Source: Zygnema circumcarinatum SAG 698-1b
Taxonomy: Eukaryota > Plantae > Zygnematophyceae
DNA length: 64,000 nt
Assembly (NCBI GenBank): GCA_037447605.1
Contig: CM074822.1
Span: 19,292-83,291 of the forward strand
Reading direction: 5' to 3'
Position numbers and translations under genes: made by a program. The notes under the pieces were generated by a model. It worked only from the letters and a program-made list of their open reading frames with translations. It was not told the origin of the DNA and searched no databases. This document shows, one piece after another, positions 55,179-64,000 of the stretch (its first letter is position 1; every line of letters begins with the position of its first letter).

Positions 55179-58100
55179 ATGGCGGCACGCGGACCGGCCT
55201 CCTCCGGATGCCAACTGGAGGGAGCGCCTCCTTCGTGGGGGGGCTCCCCTGGCTGGCAGAGCAGCCGCCAAGGCTTCGGAGGAGTGAGCTTGTACAACCT
55301 CGCCTGGGCGCAAGCAGCCCACGGTGCGGCAACAGAGGAAGGCGAGCTGGAGGAGGGAGAAATTAGTGAGGAGGGGGAAGTTACTGCGGAGGGAGAAAGT
55401 AGTGAGCAGGAGCAATTCCTGATTCAGAGTGAAGCGGAGAGTGCTCAGCAGACCAGCTCACGACAGAGTAATTCTAACCAAACAACTTTCCGCAATGAAA
55501 CGGCGAATTTGAAGACATTTAGGGAAAGTATTAAGGAAAGAATCAAGCTTGACGAAACAGGCAGGGGTAGGGACGAAATATTCAAGAGAAGGGATGAAAG
55601 ATACAGAGACAAGGACGATAGAAACGGGCTCAAAATTACTTGGAGGGAGGGACGCGACAGAGGGGAAGTATGGAGGCAACCTGGTCAGAAGGAGCGGTTT
55701 CCTAGGACATACGAACGCCCTCGAATAACTGAAGCTTTTCCTCGCGGGCCGAAGCGAGGAAGAGAGGCGATGCCGCGGGAACGGGACACTAGGGACGACG
55801 AGCGAGGCAGGACGCTACAGGCTGCAAAACAATTGCTGGAGAGAACAGGCGTAAAGGATGCTCAGAGGTAGGCGATATGTCCAAGTCTAATTCGAGATAT
55901 GATTACATTTCCAACTTTGCGTCCGCACTCTCTCAGTACCACTTTTATGTGTTGGAGTTTTCTCTGAAACGGAGCGTTGAGTGCAGGTCACTGGCCACAG
56001 TTTGCCGACAGATGCAACGGGCAGTCACGATGCTGGATGAACTCCTTGGCCCTTCAGACTGCCAGTCACAGCAGGACCTTCCTGGGGATGTTGCGGCAGT
56101 GAGCAGGTGCTGTTTTGGCAGTCTTCAATCTGTCTTCGCGGTGAGCCTGACGTCGACAAACGTTTAAACACTTCATGTCCCTTATTGTCCTTCGGCCTTT
56201 GTGTGCTTTATTTCAACTGCTTCTACGACTGGCTGACAAGAAACAATGTGGCTGCTGACTTGAAAGAGAAGCGAACTCTTTTGAAAGAGAGCATTTGGCT
56301 GATGGCTGGCAGGTTGCAAACACGGCCAGCGGTCGGGAGCAGGAAGGTTTTCGGGGAGGCCCTTTTGCAGAGTACGGGGCTGTTCTGTCACCTATTGAGC
56401 AAATGCTGCTGTCCTGAGAGCTTGTCTTGCCTGTCCACCGTCTAAAACTTCTTGCTATAGGTGACGATTCGTCGTATGCAGCCTTATGGATATTGTCTGG
56501 GCTAATCGTCATCGGCTCTTCACGCAGAAGCAGGTTAACGAGGTACTTCCTTTTATCTTTCAGCTCACTCGCTATGCTGCGGCAGGACTTGTACTCTGAA
56601 ATTCATCGATTGTCCAATGACATTGCTGAAACAGAGTATTTTTTAGTCTTAAAATGCATTATCACTTTGCCACGGTCAGGTTGCATCAATGCGACGAAGC
56701 TTCGAGACAAGCTGTCTTGCTGGGAGAATAAAGGTTGAGCAGCGAGAAACTGTGGAACAGAAACCGTCCAAAGCACCTGAAAACCCGGTTCGTCCTAAAG
56801 AAGAGCATATTGTTGAAAACACTCCTGAAATCAGCGTTCCTCGTCTATCCCGTGTACCTGCCGACGCAACACCTGAAGCTGCGCCTGTGAAAGTCCTTTC
56901 GGATAATGGGAGTCAAAATGGAACCTTTTTGAAACTCTTTGGTAATCTTCCTGATGCACAGCAGGCAGCTGATGCTGCGGCTATAGCTGCAGCCGCTTTA
57001 GCATTTGCACGACGATCTAATTCATCCGTTAGTGGTGGTGAGATTTGTCCACCATCAGAATCGTCAGTTTTGTTGAACTGGATGTGGTCACAGGAGTCTT
57101 TTAGCGACCAGTTGAGCGGATTTGCACAGGCACATAGTCGTGAACCGACTGTTTATGTTGGAAGACGTGAATCTCGTGAAGATCAGCAACACCACAGTTC
57201 GTTCGAGTCAGCCGAGCAAATTAAAGTCAATGTCAAACAGGCTGGTGACCTTATCCGCCAAGCAGAGAGAATGACACGTTTAAGCAGCCAGTCAGCTCGG
57301 AATTTTGAGATTAACTCCGAAGATGGGGAGTCCGTTTCAAAACATCGTCCCTTGGCAGAAAATGAGGTGCCTCCCAGAACAGAGATCTCCAGCCATACGG
57401 CGAGTGTTGATAACTATCTGAGCCTTGTAAAAGTAGGAGAGGACATTGGCATCAAAGATTGCACACTGGTAGCTCAAGTACCGTACAATCCACAAGAGGC
57501 TTCTCATGACCATCTGGAGGATGACTACCATCCAGAGCAAAGCATGTTTGTCTTGCAACGCATGCCCAGTCCAACTCCTGGGGTTGTTGAGGATGATGAA
57601 GAAGACACAGAGGAAGGTCCATCGAATGGCGAGAATAACCAATTGATAGTTGAAACAACTGGAGCTCTTGCAGTACTTGAGAGGCCAATGGCCTCCAACA
57701 TGTTGGGCATTCCATGTTTTGATTCAAGTGAGGCTTCAGGTGAAGCTGTACAGCATCGTGATCTAGGGACTGCGCCTCCCCTTCGGAACACAACTTTGGG
57801 CATTGCAAGTCGAGACCCACGAAGAAGGCAAGAGGCAGTCACAGGTGAAGGCGCTTCCTCTCTGGGAGTACTTCAGGAGAGAAAACCCTTGGACTTCGAA
57901 AACACGTGTCGAGACGGAGCTGGGAGTGGGCGACCTGATGTCAAGAGATTACGTGTAGGTGAGAGAGAATCGAGCCGGATTGGTTATTTTGAGGACTGGG
58001 CTGGGAAATCCACTCCGAGCCAATTGCAAAGTGATGCCAACTGCAATATATCATCTGTAGAAACGAATGGCTTCTGTGCTGAGGGACCGTTGGTTATTGG

Positions 58101-60031
58101 AATATCACCGAGTTATATGAAGATAGAAACAGGTTTCAATTTAGACAGCAGACAACAAAAGCAGGACATTCGTTCTGCAGAGCTGGCAGCGAGTGTGCAG
58201 TTGGCCAGTGAACAAGGGCAGACACTGCTGTCAGTGGATATGGGGCCAAATGCACATTCCACTGATGGACAAGCCGGAGGAGAGTGTATGGTAAGTTTGT
58301 TAGTCGGTTCAATTACGCCTACTCGATTCAGATTGAAATGATGCAAGTGTGACAGCAACCCTGTCTTGTGTCCCAGAAAGGTCGACTGATTGACAATAGA
58401 CAACTGTTGCTGCTACTGCAGAGGGAGGGAGCAGTGCGTACGCGTATGCGGCAGAGAGACCCACGGCGATTGTTGCTGGAAGGCTTGGAGGAGGAGAGGG
58501 CGAGAAAGGCTGTCAGCAGCATCGCGAGAAGGGAAAGCAGTCCAACTGTGGGTGGTTTTCCTGGGCAATCGCGCAGTCCATCGCTTACTTGCAGCGATGT
58601 ACAGGGTCATAATCTGAAGTCTGCGGTAATTGGGATTCCATCAGAGGTCGGATTGATTGATAACCCCCAACGTCGCAATAAGGATGAAAAAATGGTTGCA
58701 CACTCCCAATTGAGGGGTAGAATACTGGAAGATGGTGCAGGCCAGCCACAAAGGTTTTTGGATTCTGGTACCACATCACCTGCTGTGAGCTGTGCAGAAG
58801 AAGGCAAAGAAGCTAACCCTGCGTCTCAGCCACTCGAGCAGCTACTTCAGGGCATGTCACCTGCAGAACGGGCATTGGTGGCTGCTGAACGTATGAGGCG
58901 TATGCAGGAACAGGAGCGAATGCTTGACGCTAGAAAGCTCTGCCTCGTGTTAGATTTGGACCATACCTTACTCAACTCAGCAAAGGTGCTTGCTCTCACC
59001 AAATTATCGGAAGAATGCCACTTGAAAAATGCACCTCGATGTGAATTCGCGCCCGTGCACAGCTTGGATTGTTATTTTTGGTAGTTTGTCTGGAACTGGT
59101 TCACAGTGACCGAAAGACTGGGTTGGGAAATGTGCATGTTTTGCAGTTTGGGGAGATTGAAGAGTGGGAATCGCATTTAAGGGCTGCTGAACTCCAAGAA
59201 AAGAACCGAATGGCAAGAGAGGGAGGGAGACGACGTGAGCTGTACCGGTTTGCTAACATGGCCATGTGGACGAAGCTTCGACCAGGCATTTGGACCTTTC
59301 TTGAAAAAGTGATTATCTTTAGCACCCATTTTCATCCACATTTCCCCGGGTAGAGCTTCATCGATGTAGTACTTCTTTATTCGTTATTTTCCAGCTGCCT
59401 CCATGAAAACTGTTCTCTGCCATCGTCGTGTGCAGGCAAGTGCACTATTTGAGCTGCATGTATACACTATGGGCAATCGTGCATATGCTACACAAATGGC
59501 GCGCCTTCTTGATCCTTCAGGCAACCTCTTTGCTGGTCGAGTCATCTCCAAGGGCGACGATTACGGAGAAGGACCCACTGACACTGCTCTAAGACCACGC
59601 AGTAAAGATCTGGATGGGGTATTGGGAATGGAGTCCACAGTACTCATTTTGGACGACTCGGCAAGTGTTTGGCCGCACCATGCTGAAAATCTGATTGTTG
59701 TGGAACGGTGCGGCCTTTTTCTTTCCCTTACAGCTCCTTAATATCTCCTGTAGCTGCACTGCAGAACAGCAAATAACGACCTGCCTATCAGCAGCTTCAT
59801 GAGAACCATTCAAGGATTCTGATGGTCCTGCGATTCCTTCGCTGCAGCTATATGTACTTCCCTTCTAGCCGCCGTCAATTCGGACTAGCGGGGCCATCAC
59901 TGTTGGAAGTTAGCCACGACGAGCGCGAAGCAGATGGCATGCTTGCATGTGCATTTGCGGTGAGCAAGCTTCCTTGCCCATGCCTTACTCCTGTGGACGC
60001 CGGTCTGGAAACTCCCACTACCCTTGGACCA

Positions 60032-60065
<34 letters not shown>

Positions 60066-61384
60066 GCTAACTAACTAACTAACCTTGGACGATGAATGCT
60101 CGACGACGCAGGTGATGGAGCGAATCCACGCAGCATTCTTCAAGCAGCATGACCTCCAGTTCAGCGCTGATGTGCGCAACATTCTCGCAGTGGAGCAGCG
60201 GCAGATTCTATCGGGCTGTCGTATCATGTTCAGCCGTGTTTTCCCTGTGAGACTTTACGCAACCTGCTGCACGCTTCTGACAGGGGGCGAGAAGGCATGC
60301 ACTGGAGATTGACAGTCACAGCACAGCTATTGACCAACCCGGAGAGAGTGGGGAGCAGGTGGAGGAGACCCGTCCCCATACGCATCCTCTTTGGCGCATG
60401 GCCGAGCAGTGTGGGGCGACGTGCACGGCTGCTGCAGACAAGGGCGTCACACACGTGGTGGCACTCTCTCTGGGCACGGACAAGGTGAGCGGAGGCTGCG
60501 AGCTCTCCCTCTCCCTCTCCCTCTCCCTCTCCCTCTCCCTCTGCCTCTGCCTCTGCCTCTGCCTCTGCCTCTGCCTCTCCCTCTGCCTCTGCCTCTGCCT
60601 CTGCCTCTGCCTCTGCCTCTGCCTCTGCCTCTGCCTCTGCCTCTGCCTCTGCCTCTGCCTCTGCCTCTGCCTGCCTCTGCCTCTGCCTCTGCCTCTGCCT
60701 CTGCCTCTGCCTCTGCCTCTGCCTCTGCCTCTGCCTCTGCCTCTGCCTCTGCCTCTGCCTCTGCCTCTGCCTCTGCCTCCCTCTGCCTCTGCCTCTGCCT
60801 CTGCCTCTGCCTCTGCCTCTGCCTCTGCCTCTGCCTCTGCCTCTGCCTCTGCCTCTGCCTCTGCCTCTGCCTCTGCCTCTGCCTCTGCCTCTGCCTCTGC
60901 CTCTGCCTCTGCCTCTGCCTCTGCCTCTGCCTCTGCCTCTGCCTCTGCCTCTGCCTCTGCACCTCTGCCTCTGCCTCCTGCCTCTGCCTCTGCCTCTGCC
61001 TCTGCCTCTGCCTCTGCCTCTGCCTCTGCCTCTGCCTCTGCCTCTGCCTCTGCCTCTGCCTCTGCCTCTGCCTCTGCCTCTGCCTCTGCCTCTGCCTCTG
61101 CCTCTGCCTCTGCCTGACTCACAGCTTCAAGTGTGCAGGTGAACTGGGCGCTGGCGACCGGCAGACATGTGGTGCGACCGGCCTGGTGAGGGCGCGCCCC
61201 GACCCCTCCCTCTGCATTGTTTTGAGCTTGTTGCGGCACCAAATGGCATCCATTGAGTTGGCCGGAGGAGATTGACCGCCATGAGTGAGTGTTGGCACTG
61301 CCGCGTCACACGCATATGGGCAGGGTGGAGGCCTCCGCAACCCTGTATCGACGAGTCAACGAGAGCGACTTTCGGCTTTCATGA
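55179..61384 (+). CDS. CPL3: RNA polymerase II CTD phosphatase-like 3 (FCP1 family, FCPH + BRCT), multi-exon
   Basis: The N-terminal SLYNLAWAQA motif, RDPRR repeats, RKLCLVLDLDHTLLNSAK (DxDxT), MWTKLRPG, FELHVYTMGNRAYA, KDLDGVLGME, YFPSSRRQFG and the BRCT segment ILSGCRIMFSRVFP...VTHVVA...GTDK|VNWA...WVEAS. The stop is at 61382-61384. Confidence 0.95.
60033..60083 (+). repeat. (CTAA)n tract in a CPL3 intron, flanked by an 8-bp direct repeat
   Basis: About 12 units. CCTTGGAC occurs at 60022-60029 and 60083-60090. Confidence 0.9.
60503..61114 (+). repeat. (CTCTCC)n/(CTCTGC)n hexamer microsatellite, ~610 bp, filling a CPL3 intron
   Basis: About 100 units between the donor at 60485 and the acceptor at 61138. 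Confidence 0.97.
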
Positions 61385-62057
61385 GAGGTGGAGCAGGATG
61401 CGCACCACCAGTCCGCCGTGCCTCCCGGCGGCATCGCATGAGCTGCGATGCGAATACTTCACTTGGGCGGATCACTCACTCTGTAAAGGCAGCTGTGAAC
61501 TAAGCAATCCACCCGCACCTGACCTGGCACCCGCCTCCCTTTCTTCCTCCCCTCTGGAGAGGGAAGGACGACGTCAGAGAGCGCATGCAAATGGAGAAGG
61601 CGCCAAATCATTGCCAAATGTCAAATAGCATCTCACATCCACTCTCAATGTCGGGCAGAGCAAAGTACTTCGCAGCCCTCGCCTTGATCAGCGCACAAAG
61701 CACAATTACCCGGAAGCCCTCCTAGCACAAGAATAACTTGTACGGTAATGGGAAGCGGATCGCGTTAAGCAGTGCGAGACGGACACATTGTTGCCGGCAG
61801 CGTGTGCATGCCTTGTCAGAGCCGTGCTGCGAGTGGCCCCGCGTTGCCGCCCGCCTGCCCTTCGCTCGCTCACTCCCCTCCGCCTCTTTGGACGCACGCA
61901 CGTTTGCACGGGTGACCACGCACGAAGGCGTGACGTCACCCAAGTTGTTGCAAGTAGTTAGACAAGGGACGTCCACGTCCGTACACCCCGCGCAGCCGCG
62001 CGGTACGGACGGCACACCTCCTGGACGTACGGACAGTATGGCACAGCGCGTGAGGTC

Positions 62058-62405
62058 TAGGGATGTACATTTAACCGTACAAGCGACTTTTAGAGTTTTA
62101 GATTTCAGAATTAAGACGTTCTATTATCTAAAAGTTTCGGAGTTTTAGAAGACATTTAGAATAGCCGTATGACCGTTGGAATTAAACATCTACCAGCTTG
62201 AATGGCGCTGGAGCTAACCGTACAGTTCAGCCGTACGACCATATGACCGCACGATTTTCCATCCATAGTAAAAGGTTTTATAAAACGGCCTGACCTTGAT
62301 CCTTGACCTTGATCGTGAGTTCAAGGCACTTCACCTCTTCCTGACCTTTAGAATTTTTTATTGGACTTCTAATACGCGACACTGCGTTCCAAAGTGCATC
62401 CCTCA
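62058..62405. mobile_element. Possible degenerate hAT-family (Ds-like) MITE
   Basis: The left end is TAGGGATGTAC and the right end GTGCATCCCTCA. Flanking 8-mers GTGAGGTC and GCGAGGAC match at 6/8. Subterminal CCGTA/AAACGG motifs are present. Confidence 0.4.
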
Positions 62406-63080
62406 GCGAGGACGGACTGAGGCCGGGGGAACACGGTTTCGGGTTCTACGAGGGAGAGGACGGCCAACGTGGCGCTGACGTGGCGCCAGTGTGGCAAATG
62501 AGAGAGTTCTCGGAACTCTCTGGGTGGACAAGCACTTTTTTCCATCTACACGCGAGGTACAGACGTTCGTACGCGGGTTTCATGTCGATAAAAATACTCA
62601 CCAAATGTGCGAAGAGGCTTTTAGGCTTTTACGTATGTACGACAGGTAACTTTGTTTTGATGAAATAGCTTTTGTTTGTTTTTGAAAGGCGACTCACCAT
62701 GAATTCACTAAGGCTCAAGAGTGACGAAGTCACAGCGAACCAAAGCGGAATGCTGTGTGCTAATCAAATCGCAACAAACAAAACGAATATGCAAGTTACG
62801 CACCTTTTGGTACAAAAGTGCTCGAGTGTTCTACACTTGAGCTTACTGGATTAGCTTATGACAAACTTGAATGAACCAAAGTAAAGTGACCTTCAAAAGT
62901 GAACAGTTAGAATGCAATTGAATAGTGTTAGAAATCCTGTTAGTTTAGACCCTCCAACAGAGCTAAAAAGGACAGGCGACGTCAGTGTAAGCATTTTTGC
63001 AAAGTGGTCAAGTGTAACTCAATAACCAAACAAGCTAAACACAATCAATTAGGAGGTCGGAAAGCAAACTCTAAGGGAAG

Positions 63081-63163
63081 GGGAGCCGTATGATAGGAAA
63101 CTATCACGTACGGTTCTGTGAGAGACAGAACGCAGTTCAAAGGGTGTATCCAGTCTACTCTCG
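63081..63163 (+). ncRNA. Group II intron 3' end (domains V and VI)
   Basis: Domain V is GAGCCGTATGATAGGAAACTATCACGTACGGTTC. The domain VI stem GAGAGAC pairs with GTCT(A)CTC, with a bulged A at 63157, 7 nt before the exon. Confidence 0.88.
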
Positions 63164-63568
63164 TATTGTATTCGTATTGAAGAGATGCGGCAAAGTCTTC
63201 GAATTATTATGCAATGTCTAAATGCAATGCCTAGTGGGATGATCAAAACAGATGATCGTAAATTGTGCCCTCCTTCACGAACTCAAATGAAACAATCAAT
63301 GGAATCGTTAATTCATCATTTTAAACTGTATACAGAAGGTTTTGCAGTACCGGCTTCATCAACTTATACAGCAGTGGAAGCGCCTAAAGGTGAATTCGGT
63401 GTATATTTAGTGAGTAATGGCACCAATCGTCCGTATCGTTGTAAAATAAGAGCACCAGGTTTTGCGCATTTGCAAGGACTCGATTTTATGTCCAAACATC
63501 ATATGTTAGCTGATGTAGTTACTATTATCGGTACTCAAGATATTGTATTTGGAGAAGTAGATAGATAG
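63164..63568 (+). CDS. nad7: NADH dehydrogenase subunit 7, terminal exon (134 codons), mitochondrial type
   Basis: [15 protein letters not shown]...[15 protein letters not shown]...[14 protein letters not shown]...[14 protein letters not shown]...[22 protein letters not shown]; the frame is open. Confidence 0.96.
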   Translation, partial: YCIRIEEMRQSLRIIMQCLNAMPSGMIKTDDRKLCPPSRTQMKQSMESLIHHFKLYTEGFAVPASSTYTAVEAPKGEFGVYLVSNGTNRPYRCKIRAPGFAHLQGLDFMSKHHMLADVVTIIGTQDIVFGEVDR

Positions 63569-64000
63569 TAGCTTACAACAAAAGCTTCGCGTATGCACTC
63601 CAATGAACTAAGCTCACCCATGTGGGCGCCAAGCGCTGTTACGAGTGAAGCAAATCCACCAAAGTGAAACTGCTTTAGCTAAGCTCAGGGCGTGATTTGA
63701 GCGGAGGCAAGGTAGCGACTAGCGCTGCGTCAGCAAGCTTGCTCTATACCGTCTATTCATGCGCTTTGGTCCTTCGGTTGGTTTGTTTTGGTTTGGTTCG
63801 GTTAACTTACCCCCTTATTACACCAAGCACTCCGTGCTAATTTACTATGAGCGCTGCTCCCTTTGGTCGCAGCGCTCACCTAAATGTGTTGCACTTTAGT
63901 TGTTGCACAGTATAGAGCACTCAATGCAAAAAGCTCACGGTAAAACAAGCGAACGAAGTGAGCGCCGCGCGAGCTGCGTTCGCTTGTTTNNNNNNNNNNT

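Larger units (their letters stand above)
62660..63990 (+). other. Mitochondrial-derived segment (NUMT or mis-joined mtDNA); left boundary uncertain by about 200 bp
   Basis: Composition shifts to AT-rich. The segment contains group II intron domains V/VI, an intronless nad7 terminal exon and a hairpin-rich spacer, and ends at an N gap. Confidence 0.85.

Noticed and set aside
56689-58341. 550-aa ORF as a stand-alone novel gene
   Set aside because: It has no proper ATG start and lies between CPL3's LYNLAWAQA exon and its phosphatase exons. It contains the CPL3-type RDPRR motif and is best read as a large internal exon.
60316-61275. Poly-AE / LC / LP / QR ORFs
   Set aside because: They are translations of the hexamer microsatellite.
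63164-63568. Bacterial nuoD contamination or horizontal transfer, or a functional nuclear nad7
   Set aside because: The sequence is plant-mitochondrial in type and preceded by organellar group II intron domains. The 5' exons, a targeting peptide and spliceosomal introns are all absent from the window.

Overview
This is nuclear DNA of a GC-rich green plant. The most likely source is a streptophyte (charophyte-grade) alga. This is inferred from plant-type CPL3, GDSL, SOUL and spinster genes, a retained FAN/NSMAF gene, and a mitochondrial nad7 exon that needs no C-to-U editing. Bases 1-8400 are a repeat block: a Ty1/copia retrotransposon (690-5304, cut by an N gap) nested in the protease region of a sister copia element (LTR 6391-7410), a probable third LTR end at 573, and a ~175-bp satellite. 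Bases 8965-61384 are gene-dense, with ten spliced genes: ASCC2 (-), SAM50 (-), a signal-peptide/TPR/TM protein (-), a SOUL haem-binding protein (+), PHAF1 (-), a spinster-like MFS transporter (-), WDR43/UTP5 (+), a chimeric and apparently catalytically dead GDSL protein (+), FAN/NSMAF BEACH protein (-) and CPL3 (+). Six of these form three compact head-to-head pairs, and many introns are inflated by long simple repeats. The window ends with transposon-like fragments and a mitochondrial segment (group II intron 3' end plus the last nad7 exon) before a gap. The strongest leads are the secreted GDSL-fold protein that has lost three SGNH catalytic residues, and the CCGTACGG palindrome concentrated at gene starts. 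Exon boundaries were read by eye and only some were resolved; no searches were run.
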